Shown here in pieces: positions 1 through 12,674 of a stretch of 64,000 nucleotides of DNA; the first letter of the stretch is position 1, and every line of letters starts with the position of its first letter. The notes under the pieces are model-generated. The model saw nothing but the letters and a program-made list of their open reading frames with translations. It was not told the DNA's origin and made no database searches. Location: assembly GCF_963921235.1 (NCBI RefSeq), contig NC_086108.1, positions 77,378,001-77,442,000 of the forward strand, given 5' to 3'. Made by a program: the position numbers and the translations under genes. Source of the stretch: Mobula hypostoma (lineage: Eukaryota).

Positions 1-165
1 CTGACCGGCAACCCCTGATTTTAACCCTAGTCTAATTACGGAACAATTTACAATGACCAATTATCCTACCAACTGGTACGTGTTTGGACTGTGGGAGGAA
101 ACCGAGGTACCCAGAGGAAACCCACGTGGTCACAGGGAGAACGTACAAACTCCTTACAGGCAGGA
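1..165 (-). mobile_element. HE1/V-SINE family SINE, partial (runs off window start)
   Basis: Reverse complement of the V-domain: TTTGGACTGTGGGAGGAAACCGAGGTACCCAGAGGAAACCCACGTGGTCACAGGGAGAACGTACAAACTCC. Same family as 3216 and 49170. Confidence 0.8.
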
Positions 166-171
166 ACAGGA

Positions 172-310
172 TTAGTTAAGGTATGAAGAATTATTTGGAG
201 AAGGCAGGAGAATGAGGTTGAGAGGGAGAATAGATCTGCCATGATAGAATAGCAGTGCAGACTTGATAGGCCAGATGTCCTATTATTCCCCTATGCTTTA
301 TGGTCTTATA
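172..310 (+). mobile_element. CR1 LINE 3' terminal fragment
   Basis: GGAGAAGGCAGGAGAATGAGGTTGAGAGG...GCCATGATAGAAT...TTATGGTCTTAT; same 3' end as 43100-43220. Confidence 0.7.
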
Positions 311-1015
311 CACTCCTCTCAACAATTCCCACAATAACATACCACATGCTCCTTGACAATTGCCAATACCCTTCAGCACTGCAACCCATGGACATGAACA
401 ACCCAACCAAACATTCATCAACTGTCACCACACTTCAACACCACACATTATATACAAATTGATAACACCTCATACTCATCACCATCACACCCCACACTCA
501 CCAACATTCCCTCATATGCATCAACCATCCCTTGCACATCAGCATAAATAAAACTAATTATCTTTTTGATATTCTATCCTATTAGTCACAATTTGTAACT
601 AAATTAAACAGAATGCAGATAGCTACTGGATAGTCAAAGAATATAGAAATAGGAAAAACAAAAGGAGATCAAAAGCCCAGCTTTCCAGTTGTAAGATATC
701 ATTCCTATTAAGATGATAGATAAAAAAGCAATTGCTGGCTGTGAGAGGTCATTCAAAAAACATGCAAGTGGTAAATTCTTTTGCGTAGGGTTCCGCGTCG
801 GCTTTGAAGTCAGTGACCATCGCTGTATCATTTTCAAACTCATCTTCTCAGTAACTAAATTATATTTGGCCCTGCGAATCACAGCTGTAAGGCTGCTCAA
901 TCTAAGTGTGGTTTGCAAACCCCACCATGCACATCATTTTGTTCTAATGCACATTTCAAGTCTCACCCTTGTCTTTTGTACTCATGGTCCAAGGGAATGA
1001 AGTTACCACCTCTAA

Positions 1016-1524
1016 AGCCTGATTTATACTTCTGCGTCAACACGTCGCCGTAAGTACTGCGTCGCAGCAAAGCCAACGCGGAACCCTACGTGAGAGCCTG
1101 CGTTTCTGTGACACGCACTTCTCCCAAAATGTAACCGCATGTCGCGGCAACGCAGACTGTAAGAACTGTGATTGGTTCGCTTGGTAGCATCACATTTCAT
1201 CCTATGCTGCAATAGCTTGCCATTGGGTGACTGAAGGGCAGGGAAGGAACTCTGGCTGCAATGTTTTCCATAAAGCTTTACAGACCTCCGAAATTATGGA
1301 GGACACATTTCGCTTTTACGAAAAAAAAGCTCGCTTCTTGTTTACTCCGAGAAAGACTACCATGACCATGAAGCCTTGCGCGGACAGGTGTGTGCGCATG
1401 CGTGACGTGCGTGAATTGCAGAGCGACGCAGACACACGAACGCACAAGTATAAATGCTCACAACGCGTGTCGGTCACTTGTGTAGGTTACGGTGTCCAGT
1501 TAACGCAGAAGTATAAATCAGGCT
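1016..1524. mobile_element. PIF/Harbinger-type MITE (509 bp, non-autonomous)
   Basis: Perfect 22-bp TIRs AGCCTGATTTATACTTCTGCGT / ACGCAGAAGTATAAATCAGGCT. TAA TSD at 1013-1015 and 1525-1527. CpG-rich interior suggests a young copy. Confidence 0.9.
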
Positions 1525-2002
1525 TAAACTTCATGATCATGCAGGGACTTGTATTGACAACGACACAAGGGAAAAATTAAATGCACGTAAACCTCAGATA
1601 AAGTGCATAATATTTATACCAATCATTGATCCAAAGTTATAACAGTTGAAAGTAATTTACAGCTTTACTGATTCTTGTGGATGGCACCCAGTTTTTATAT
1701 CATAAAATGCTGTTGCTAATACTGTTCACATCCTGCTTATTCCAACAGACACATTTAACTTTTTAGGCACAACTTATTAGTGTACATTTATAGATGCTAG
1801 AAAAGTAATGCATATTTTCCTTACGGAACAGTGCAATATTAGGGTTGAAAAATATAAAAATATGGCTGCAATATCTATATTTGAAAGGTATAAAATCTTC
1901 TGAAACAGGATCCTTTGTTCGACCTGAAATATTTAGAGTCTGTCTTTCCAAAAATGCTGCCTGACCAGATAAGCTTCTCCAACATTTTGTCCTTCTGCTT
2001 CA

Positions 2003-2760
2003 GATGGAAATTAGCTCACACAAGTACAAAGTGATGTATTTTGGGAAGTGAAACCAGAGTGTGAATTGCACAGTAAACGACAGGGCCCTGGGGAGTGTTG
2101 TAGAACAGGGGGACCAGGAAGTACAAGTACATAGTTTCCAGAAATTGATGACACAGGTAGATAAGGTAGTGAAGAAGGCATGAGGCAAGCTTGCCTTTAT
2201 CGGAAAGTCCAATGGATACAAAAGTTTGGACATCATGTTATAGGTGCATAAGACACTGGAAGACCATATCTGTAATATTGCTGTACTACAAGAAAGTTAT
2301 TCACAAGTATGTTACTAGTACTAAGAGCTTGAGTTATAAAGAGAGACTGAATAGACTGGAACTTTCCCCTGGCACAAAGGATACTGAGAAGTGACCTCAT
2401 GGCGGTTGATGAAATCAGAAGCAGTATAGATAAACTGACTGGTCAGTTATTTTCCCCCAGGGCAGTGCAGTCTTAAACTAGCAGCTGTAAGTTTAAGGTG
2501 TGAAGGGAAACATTTAAAGAGCACCCGAAGGGTAAGTTTTTCTCATGGAGGGTGGGTATATGGAACGAGTTGTCCCTGGACATAAGAGGCAGATAACACT
2601 ACAATATTTCAGAGACATTTTGACAGGCTCATGGTTAGGGATGATTTGGAGGGAGGTGGACAAATACTGGCTAATGGGACCAGCTCAGCAAAGCACCTTG
2701 ATTGACATTGATAGGTTGGGTGGTCCATTTCTGCACTATGTACCTTTATGATTCTATAGC
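2003..2760 (+). mobile_element. Decayed CR1 LINE, ORF2 C-terminal part and 3' UTR
   Basis: Broken CR1 ORF2 motifs (KVMYFG; TQVDKVVKKA; LSYKERLNRL) ending in a TATGATTCTA tail. Confidence 0.75.
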
Positions 2761-3215
2761 TTTATTTCCATTGTCTGCAGATTATTTTTATTTTCATAAA
2801 AAAATCATGATTTTGACAATTCATCATTGCTATGCCTTTATTATGAAATTTCTTGTCTAACCTATTGTGGGGCATGCAGCAGCACAAGACCTACTGAGGG
2901 TCTGAAAGGAGATCCATCACTTCCTTCACGTAACAATTAGAGATGCATGTGAATTTGTGCCCTTACCAGCAATTCACAGTTCTGATTACAAGTGAATAGA
3001 ACATTTGTGTCAGTCTCGACACAATGGTATTTACAAAATGGAAGTGCTTACTTCCCATCAACTATCTAATTGGTGTGCCACTGTAAAAGAAACTTTACCC
3101 TTTGGGTAACTGCCAATACTTTGAGAAGTTCCTTTAGTCTTAAAAACAAAGGAAAGAGAAAAGTGTGAAAAAACTTACATTAAGCAAGGCTAGTTTTGTT
3201 TCTTAAGAAAAAAAA

Positions 3216-4167
3216 GGGTGGCATGGTAGCATTGTGGTTAGCACCAGCTGTAAGATAGGGGTTCAATTCCCTCTGCTGCCTATAAGGAATTTCTACGTTT
3301 TCCCTGTGACCATGTGGGTTTCCTCCGGGTGCTCCTGTTTCTGCCCACATTCCAAAGAGGTACAGGTACACACAGAGGATGCAGTGGGGGATCACAAAGT
3401 CGAGGAAAGAGGACTGGGTCGAGACAACAGAGACTTATGGAGAAGAGGAGTTCGGTGGGTAATAAAATGGAAGAGTTCATGGCGCTAGCCAGGCGTCAGG
3501 GAACATTTCGGGAGTGCAGTGTGATGTGTTTCACTGTAACGGGGCTGCACGAGGACATACCCGATCAAACTTCTCCATGGACGGCTTCCAGACTGTTCGG
3601 GCTGACCGGAAGTGCACTGAGAGCAGTGAGCCTAAAGATTTGGGTGCTTACTGTTCTGGTTAACAACAGATGGTGCAATCCGGGTCATATTATGATCGAG
3701 GAATGTGTTTGTAGACTGGATATTGAACTTTTTGCTGTTGGACTTCAGCCATATTCCATTGAGATACAACACTGGGCGGCACGGGAGGTCGTTCCTGCCT
3801 GTGGCCATCGAACTTGCAGCTCCTCCTGTGGAGGGTCAGACACCCTGAGCTAATAGACTGGTCCTGGACTTATTTTCCATCTGGCATAGTTTACATTTTG
3901 TTGTTTGATTGTTTGTGGTTTTTGTGTTGTTATATTTATGCTTTATTCTTGGTTGGTGCGGCTGTAACGAAACCCAGTTTCCCTTGGGATCAATAAAGTA
4001 TATCTATCTATCTATCTATTAATGTTAGCAGGTAGTGGGCATAACATGCTGATGCAGACCTGTGAGGATATTTGCAGGCTATCCAGCGCAAGTTTCACTG
4101 ATACAACCATGCATTTCACTGTACATTTGTATGTATATGTGGTGAATAAAGCTAATCTTTAATCTTT
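3216..4167 (+). mobile_element. HE1/V-SINE interrupted by a LINE derivative
   Basis: tRNA-like head (GGTGGCATGGTAGCATTGTGGTTAGC...GGGTTCAATTCC) and V-domain at 3216-3367. The SINE body resumes at ~4021 and ends in AATAAAGCTAATCTTTAATCTTT. Confidence 0.7.
3370..4019 (+). mobile_element. Internally deleted Rex1/Babar LINE (endonuclease start fused to 3' end)
   Basis: ORF 3314-3853 has the Rex1 APE N-terminus (GNKMEEFMALARRQGTFRECSVMCFT..LHEDIPD...NNRWCNPGH...GLQPY). It then jumps to the 3' end shared with 14205-14300 and 58095-58200 (TTCCTGCCTGTGGCCATC...GGGTCAGACACCCTGAG). (TATC)n tail. Confidence 0.8.
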
Positions 4168-4370
4168 TAAAAAAGTAGGTCTGGTTCTGAGGTGCTGCAG
4201 ATGAATGAAGTGAATGCAGGAAACAGAATGTTTGCTGAAATTTGAAATTCAGTACGGAGTTGGACATGGAAGGGTTGAAGGTTTCTCGTGTAGACGGGGA
4301 GAAGCTGCCACATCAGCTATCTTCTAATAATGCGTGCAGTCAGTTTAAAAGAAAGTAGGTGGAGAAAATG

Positions 4371-4730
4371 TCAAAGTCAAAGTCGAGTTTGTTGTCATGC
4401 ACACAAGTACATGTGTGCATGGGTATATTGAAAGACTTACTTGCAGCTGCATTACAGACATCAAATGCACACAATTGACAAGAAAAACAAGTTAATTAAT
4501 GTAAGCTATACAAAACATTATAAGAAATAACACAATTAGAACAAAAATGTTCATTGTAGTAACATTCTTTTTTGTTCTCTTGGTGTTCTTTCTTGTAATG
4601 GTTTCAAAGTGCTCAAACTGGTCACAGTGTTGCTGTATTGAGGTAGTGATGTCAGAGGTTTTGCAGGTTGGTTCAAGAACTGAAAGGTTGAAAAGAAGTG
4701 GTGGTATAGGACTTCAGACTTCTGGTGAAC
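4371..4730 (-). mobile_element. Rex1/Babar-like LINE 3' UTR fragment
   Basis: (AAAGTC)n tail followed by a reverse 3' UTR and GGTTCAAGAACTGAAAGGTTGAA. Confidence 0.55.
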
Positions 4731-4814
4731 GTAGCTCCTCACCAATAAATACATGATCAGGTCAGGATTAAATCATAATGCTTTTTTTGTACAAATTGGT
4801 TAGCTAAATGAGAA

Positions 4815-5040
4815 CCTACGCTCTGTCCACCAGGGAAAGCAGGATCTCCCAGTGGCGACACATCTTAACTCCATGTCCCATTCCCATTCTGATATGTCTA
4901 TCCACGGCCTCCTCTACTGTCAAGATGAAGCCACACTCAGGTTGGAGGAAAAACACCTTACATTACGTCTGGGTAGCCTCCAACCTGATGGCATGAACAT
5001 CGACCTCTAACTTCCGTTAATGCTCCCATCCCTTATTTAT

Positions 5041-5076
<36 letters not shown>

Positions 5077-5489
5077 TTATTTATTTATTTATTGATTGAT
5101 TTCCCCTTTTTTCTCTCTCTCTGTCCCTCTCACAATAACTCCTTGCCTGCTCTCCATCTTCCTCTGGTGCTTCCCTCCCCATTTCTTTCTCCCTAGGCCT
5201 CCAGTTCCATGATCCTCTCCCTTCTCCAGCCTTGTCTCCCTTTTGCCAATCAACTTTCCAGCTCTTAGCTCTATCCCTCCCCCTCCTGTCTTCTCCTATC
5301 ATTTCAGATCTCCCCCCGCACTTTCAAATCTCTTACTATCTCTCCTTTCAGTTAGTCCTGACGAAGGGTCTCAGCCTGAAACGTCGACTGTGCTTCTTCC
5401 TATGGATGCTGTCTGGCCTGCTGCGTTCCACCAGCATTTTGTGTGTGTTGCTTGAATTTCCAGCATCTGCAGATTTCCTCGTGTTTGCG
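4815..5489 (+). mobile_element. Penelope-like (Neptune-type) element, 5'-truncated: end of GIY-YIG ORF plus pLTR
   Basis: Matches the GIY-YIG C-terminus of the 30386-30997 copy, followed by the pLTR with a hammerhead. Imperfect 14-bp TSD TAGCTAAATGAGAA (4801-4814) / TACCTAAGTGAGAA (5490-5503). Contains a (TATC)n(TATT)n expansion at ~5033-5100. Confidence 0.9.
5354..5389 (+). ncRNA. Minimal type I hammerhead ribozyme in PLE pLTR (intact core)
   Basis: AGTC-CTGACGA-AGGGTCTCAGCCT-GAAA-CGTC-GACT: stem I AGTC/GACT, core CUGANGA and GAAA, stem II AGG/CCT, palindromic ACGT stem III, GUC cleavage triplet. Confidence 0.8.
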
Positions 5490-7124
5490 TACCTAAGTGA
5501 GAATGACCTCTTTTCCTTTCAGGAAAATGAAATATCTCAAGTATTTGTTATTTCACATGCTCAAGTCAGGTGACTCTAGTTGGAAGAAAACTGCATAACG
5601 TAACTATGTGAATACTTAAGTTTTTATACTTACACCTATATTTCATCATGTATGCCTAGAGACCATATTACAAAAAAAAATAAATGATAAAACTATTTTA
5701 TTGCATGGTATGGCCAGCTGCAGCTATCACAAAGGAATGGATTTTAACTCAACAAGCAAGCACGTAATCAAGAAGAGAAATTTGTTTTTTAAATTTATGA
5801 ATTCGATAAACCAGTTTCTCTTAAGCCTGAGGCGAGCTACTATTCATAGAGTTTTAAATCTTTTAAAACTCATGGGAAATATGTCAGGTGCTGAGAATGC
5901 TTCGAGCAGAAGGGAGAAACATAACAACAAATTTTCCATAAATGCCTGGCAACTTTGAAAGCTCCAGTTCTCTTAACTTTGAAAACATTGTTTGCTATAC
6001 TTAATGTGCACATGCCAATCATAATAGAAAGATCCCATTGTCTTCTCAGATAGCTGATCTTTGTTACTTATTTAACATTTCAGTAATTATATGAATAATC
6101 TTGCATATATATATACATATTACTGTTTTATTCATTGAATGTCTATGAAACTTCAGGCAACACATTGGTGAAGAGTTAACAGGAAGGGCTTGAGAATTTA
6201 CCTGGTGACCTTGATATATTTTTTTCCTAAAGTATCATCCTATTGCTCGTACTCTTTTTCCTATCATGATTGCAGAATTATCTCAAGTGCTGGAACGCTT
6301 TGGGCTGTAATAATTCCTTGAAGTTTATTTCTAAGTAAGTAAGTACTTAAAAAGTAGTCCTTATTAACCTTTTTCTTAATCAAGGATCAACACCTCTTAG
6401 TAATAAAACAGTAATCTATTTTAGAGGTTACACAGTTCCTGTCTGCTAGTATTCATTTGCAAACTGTTCCATTTAAACCCCTAGCCCTTTAACCATCTGT
6501 GCTCTGTGGTTAATAAGTACCAAATAGCACACATATCAGATAGGTTATTAAATAATACTATAGACCAATAACAACCACTAGCATAGGATACAAATTATTA
6601 GATTGTTCTGTTCCTGTTGTGTACATAAATTTTAACTATTTCAATATTTACCCTGCTTGCAGTAATGACTTCATTTCTTATTCACAATATAGTTCATGCT
6701 TTCCACCTGTATTATCACAAACACCAGCCTCAACACAGAAATACTTTTGTGGAAATGTAATTAACTGCAGCTCTGGCAGTGAAAAGTTACATTGACTTTT
6801 TAATTTAATAAGCAGATCCAAACGCACAGATAGTTATAAACTGCAAAGCAGGTGATTTAATCTACCTTGGCATTTACAGTCCACATGAGAAATTGTTCCA
6901 GTCACATTACCCTACAGCTCCTGCTTCCCTTCGTGAATTCTTCAACCAGCTACAATCTAGACCTGAATGCTAACAGGTTCCAACTCAACCATCACCCTCT
7001 GGATATGAATCCAACTTCCAATACCAAGAGGCTATCCCTGACTTCTGTCTAAATTTCTTACATAAAATCTTGTATTTCTGGCCACTCAATTGTCTGTTTG
7101 CTTGTTCACCATCCTTTCGTTATG

Positions 7125-7480
7125 CATTCAAATAGTCTCAGGTGGTCCAAAAGTACTTTATAGTCAATGAAATGCTTGACGTGCAATCTAGAAAAGCTGA
7201 CAGGCAATTTAGCTACAGCAATCTCCTATTAAACAGGAATGTCACTTTGACTATATCATGAAAAAATTGAATGAGGGACAAAACTCAATTGGAATGCAGG
7301 ACAGCATCTTCTGCTCTTTTTTATGATGGAGTCACATGACCTTCAATACTTGCCTCAGAGAGCAGACTCAACTCTTGCTTAGCATCTCCTCTGAAATATG
7401 GTATGTCCTATGCAGTGCTCCCAGAGTATTGTATAATGGGGTCTGGTTTGAGTTTTGCACTTGAACATATACTGCACACT
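7125..7480 (-). mobile_element. Ancient Deu-domain SINE (SacSINE1-like), decayed
   Basis: Colinear degenerate motifs CCAAAAGTACTTTATAGTCAATGAA ... CTGCTCTTTT ... CAGAGAGCAGAC ... CAGTGCTCCCAGAGTATTG; similar to 61922-62275. Confidence 0.55.
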
Positions 7481-7499
7481 AAGACTTGATTCTACAATA

Positions 7500-8400
7500 C
7501 TCAAAACCATGAAAATTTTTGCTACTACTTGAGCCACTTCTGCCAGTAGGATGTGCAACTCCATCTCATGCACTTTGTATGTATCTAAATTGCTTCAAGG
7601 CCTTCATTTGCTGCTCCAAACAAGCCTTATTGTCTTTGAGGCCAACAGATTTATGGTACATCTTGGAAAGTAACATGCAGCATTTAATTTTGAATGTGTT
7701 GTACGATCTCTATACCTATGCTCTCACTCTGGAACATTGCAATATATAAAACATCAACCAAATTCCTACATGGAAATACAGTCTTAGAATTATTACTGTT
7801 ACCTTCTTGATTGGGTTCTTTTGTTTGCACTTGGCTTTGACATATTCCTGTTAGAAAGACTTCAAGTCCTCTATGCATCTCTGGATAAGCTGTTTTAGGC
7901 CAGAGATTTCCAAAAGTTAATGTAGATTTTACATATTTTCAAAGGTATCAGGTTTCAAGTATGTAGAAGAACTGGCCTGGCCATTGGATCTGGTTGGCTG
8001 TGATCAGAACCTTGATGCTAGGGGTGATGTGGTAATAAGAGTTTGGATATTACCAGTGGATTTTGAGGATTTGCAGATGTAGTGTGGTTGTACTTCTCCA
8101 GTGCTCTGAGGTGACTGGTGAAAGTGGTCCATTGTTTGGTGCATCTTGATAGGCACTATTACTCCATGGACTGTGAGCTTGGTACCAGGACTGGGGTCCC
8201 AGTCTACAAGTGTTCCTTTTCTCATTTAATTTTGAAAACTGTTGTAGTGCACCAGATGCAGGTGGATCTTGTAATCATCACCTTCCCTTGTGAGAATATG
8301 GCTCCCAAAATCTTGGTTTATGTTAACCAGTCAAGATCTTAAGTAGCATTGGTGACTAGTCAGTGAAGCAACATCATCTTTCAACTCTTTAATGTAAAGT
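7500..8400 (-). mobile_element. Old RTE-clade LINE remnant (RT C-terminal region)
   Basis: Frameshifted minus-strand translation (PGTKLTVHGVIV...HLRALEKYN...KILKIHW) resembles RTE ORF C-terminal motifs. Boundaries approximate. Confidence 0.5.
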
Positions 8401-8505
8401 ACTTTCTTTCATCTGCTCAGTGATGGTTGGGAGCTCTGGTGCTCTGTCTGCTGAGTTTCTTCAGCAGTCATTTCTTTGCTTCAAATCCCAGCATATGCAG
8501 TCTCT

Positions 8506-9105
8506 AAACACAAGAGATCTTGCAGATGCTGTAAGTCCAGAGTAACACACATAAAATGCTGGAGGAACTCAGCATCTTCGGAAAGGAATAAATAGTCAAC
8601 ATTTCAGGCCAAGACCCTTCACTGGGACTGGGAAGGAAGGGGGAAGAAGCCAGAATAAGAACGGGGGGTGGGGAAGGAGTAGATGATGTAGCTATAAGAT
8701 GACAGGTGAAGTCAGGTGAGAGGGAAGGTAGGTGGATGGGGGAGGGGGGATTTGATAGGTTGAAAGTGTAAAGGGCTGCTGGAAGAAGGAGTCTGATAAG
8801 AGCCGAGAGTGACAATGAGAGAAAGGGAAGGAGAAGGGGCATGGGGGTGATAGAGAGGTGCGGAGAAGAGAAGAGGTAAGAGGAGAGCCAGAATGGGGAA
8901 TGGAAGAAAAGGGAAGGGGGAAGGGGAAAAAGACTTACCAGAAGTTAGAGAAATCATGTTCATGCCATTAGGTTGAAGACAACGCATACGGTATATGAGG
9001 TGTTGCTCCTACAAACCAGATGGAATTGTCCCCTTCACTTGGCTTGACCTATCACCTTCTAACTTGAATTCCTTCCCCTCCCCTCAGCTTCTTATTCTGG
9101 CTTCA
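8506..9105 (-). mobile_element. Penelope-like element pLTR and ORF end with an inverted 5' piece
   Basis: Starts AAACACAAGAGATCTTGCAGATGCTG; decayed hammerhead at ~8593-8629; LQPNGMNM ORF end. 9035-9105 is an inverted copy of the ~8645-8715 region. Confidence 0.75.
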
Positions 9106-10807
9106 TCTGGGGTCTCTTATAACTCTGAATATTGTATTATGATTAACATTAACCTCTGCTTGTTCTAAATACTACAATAAGAATTGTACTATGTTTAAAT
9201 CCAGTACAGTGCTACAGTTCCATTCAGCATTACTTCAGAGACTGAAACAGACTTAATGAAATTACAATATGAAAACTGAAGGAAAGATGAGAGTAAATTC
9301 AACTGTTTAACTGTGCATGCAGTTGATGATTGATATTACAATTGTTCCATAAAATAATGCAAACTATGCTGTGGATGTCTGTATATAGTGGCTGTGTTAC
9401 ACAATATATTGCATTAACTTTGTATATTATTGCAATAATATACAAAGCAATAACTTTCAATCATTTGGAGAATATCTGCAGCCTGGAGCCAATGCACTGA
9501 GATTCACCTGAATACTTGGATATGACATTATATGAGTATTAGGAACACAAAGACCAGGCAAGTAAAAACAAACTGCAAGGGAACAATTCATTCCTTGAGA
9601 AGAGCGTCAAAACTGGCTGCAGGTCAAGAAAGGACTTTCTTCCAATGCAAATATTGATGTGACTGAACTGTAATTCAGGTAAGTTATGAGATAAAGAGGA
9701 AGGCATTCTACATCGCACTGTCAGTCCTCCTGCCACTCACCAACACTATGTGTCATCTCTTGGCTTTGCCTATCCATTGGCAATGTAGCCTAGAGGAGTA
9801 GAAGAGTCCCAAGCACTTCAAACTCACCATTGTGTGAATTTTAAAGGGTGGTTGGCATTTATCAGCCACAGTGGAATGGGTACTTTAGTAGTATTGCATA
9901 AAATGAAAGTGCATATTTAAGCAGGTTGCTGTGGCTTGAAATCATTCAATTTGAATTCAGCTTTCAGCCAATAAATTGCAGCAAGAGAAACAATTTGTAC
10001 CATTCTTGTCTAAATCAAAACTTCCAAAGATATGTAGGCTGAAGTTGACACTGAAGCCAATATACAAAACATCTGGAATCTCAATCCATTTTGGAATGAT
10101 CAGTTTACCACTCTTACCCCTCACAAAACCACATCCACTATTGGATTCCAACAACAGTCTGGACTTGCTTGCGACTGAGACCTTCATAAACGTTTGTAAT
10201 CAGGACTTTGCCATGCAATCACTACAAAATAGATACTTCTCTCATGATTTTTCCTATTGTTTCGATAAACCTTTCTTCCCTCCTAAACTTTAATAATAAA
10301 ACAAAAAATCGAGGAATCTTCAGCAGGCCTGGCGGAATCTGTGGAATGCTTTAGGCCTGTCAAAGGATCTGAAACATTAACTCTGTTTTTTCACCCAAAG
10401 ATGTTGATGGGCACATTTAGTTTTTCCAGCTTTTTCTGCTTTTATTTCATACTTACTGCAGCTGCAGTGTTTTATTTTGGGCGGTTGTTAATTACTATTG
10501 AATTCACTGTGATATTTTTTCTTGGAGTGTCAAACTTATAGGATTTACTGTTTGCCAGTGAGATCTCCATGTCTCTCTTACCTTAATTCACCCTAGTGAT
10601 TTCTGTTTCCCTTCTAGTATTAAATAAAGTGTTGGTCCAAGCTCACTTCCGTAGCCTCAGCTCTTTTCTCAGTGAATCTCTCTGGCTCCAGCTCATCTCA
10701 TATGGATTCTAATTGAAATTCCAACCTCTGCAATTCATGCTCACCCAGGATATCAGGTATGTTCAAACTATTTAGTGTTTCTAGAACGTTCTCAACACTT
10801 AATGCCT

Positions 10808-11225
10808 CAGAATCAGAGTTAATATCACTGGCCTACAGTGTGTTGTGAAATTTGTTGTTGTTTTGCGGCAGCAGTACACTGTAATAAGAACTATAAATTG
10901 CAGTAAAAATTGTATAAAAATTAAGTGAAATAAGTAGTGAAAAAAGAGAGGGGAAAATACTGAGTAAGTGTTCAAAAGTTCATTGTGTAAGCATAAATCT
11001 GATGGCAGAGAGGAGGAAGCTGCTTCTCAAATGTTGAATGTGTCCTCCTTGATGGTAGCAATGAGAAGAGGGCATGTCCTGGGTGATGGGGGTCCTTAAT
11101 GATGGATGCCGCCTCTTTGTGGCATCGCCTTTTGAAGATGTCCTGGATGCTGGAGAGGCTAGTGCCCATGATGCAGCTAGCAGAGTTTACAACTTTCTGC
11201 AGCTTTCTCCGATCCAGTGGCTCGA
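10808..11225 (-). mobile_element. Rex1/Babar LINE 3' fragment
   Basis: Minus ORF DRRKLQKVVNSASCIMGTSLSSIQDIFKRRC..ASIIKDPHHPGHALFSLLPS; (TCAGAA)n tail on the plus strand. Confidence 0.8.
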
Positions 11226-12674
11226 TCCATGCCTCGGCACACGTATGCTCTCGACACACTGACTCATTCTATCTCAAAGCTATCTCCATCAGCAGTTCCA
11301 CTTATTTCCTAAATGTTAGTCTTGCTTAACAGTCCATCCAAGCCAAAGACCTATGACATTTGGGGAACTTGTTCATTTGTTTTTCCTGACCCTACAATGG
11401 GCATGTAACTCCACCAGCAAATAGCCTCTTCCCATCTCAGGTCATCTGTCCCTGGACTGTTTTTGTCTACAGTATCTATCTCCAAATTCCTGTGTCAGGC
11501 TTCAATTTTTACCCCAAGCTACAAGGCTGCTGTGCTGGTAGTGAGGGAATGCTATGTTATTGAAGATGTTGAGGCTAATTTAGCAAGATGTTTAAACCAA
11601 ACATGAAGAAAGTCTTCAGCCATCCTAACCATTGTACTGTACCTTCAAATGTGATTGCAAATCATACCACCATTGCCACAAACTTTATTTTGACAAAAGA
11701 CTGCTGCATAAATACAGCCAACAATGATCATACTTCCAATAATTTGTTGTACATGACATGTTTGTGAATATTATGTAAATGCCAATCTATTTAATTTTAA
11801 TACTTTCTCCCAACTGTTCTAGCCAATAATGAATAGCTTATTTTCTAGTTCACCTTGAGATCCTGGAACATGGATCTTTATCATAGAATATTTAGTTCCT
11901 ACAGTCATTGGACTATTTAGATTGTGTAAGATGAAGGGGATTGTGAAATGGTATGCATTCTTAATGAAGCAGCAAACAGTCTGTCCTGAGGAGCAATTGT
12001 TTTGAAATAATCAGAACAAGTTTTATTTTTTTTAATTTGTACTGTGGTTTGAAAATGGAATTTAGATGATGTACAGCTGGAATAAAAAAGCCTAACACAG
12101 CTGAATGAATTAGACATCTCATTTGCTACATATCAGTCCCATTATATGACTGTACATGAATCACCTATCCTTCTTATGTTCTGTCCCTGGATCAGTTAGT
12201 CATCAGTCTATTAAAACACTAAAATTATACACACGCAAGAAGCCAGAATCAAAGAAATATTAAAGTACATATTGATGTCACTTATTTGTGCCTCATTTGA
12301 TTTATGCTTTGACATTCTCTTGACTATTTAAAAAAAAATCCATGAGTTGCATAAAGCAGCAGCACAATAAGTGACAAACAATGAGTTCCTCTTGCAGATT
12401 CGTTGTTGCTCTGGATTCCGGCTTCTGCAGCCTCTTGTGTCCGCATTATAAGCAAATATTTCTGTTTTAGTGCCGAGGGGATGTCCTATGATAGTTGAGC
12501 TCCACCAATAACAGCTTTTTAAAGTAAAATGTTATGTAAATTGTAAATAAAATTGGTAAGTTGGTTTATCATTGTCACATATACTAAGATACAGTGAAAC
12601 CTTTATTTTGAATGCAGATTTCATTGCAGCAGTGCATTGAGGCATTACAAACATAACAGAATACATAATATATT

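Noticed and set aside
310..545. Strongly G-poor, C/A-rich stretch resembling mitochondrial strand bias (NUMT)
   Set aside because: No recognisable mitochondrial gene or tRNA in any frame; more likely decayed low-complexity sequence.
3216..3275. tRNA-like A/B box sequence as a tRNA gene
   Set aside because: It runs directly into the V-SINE core and I see no complete cloverleaf; it is a SINE head.
9957..10293. Overlapping ORFs on both strands
   Set aside because: The minus-strand GFVRGKS motif suggests an ancient CR1 RT remnant rather than a gene.
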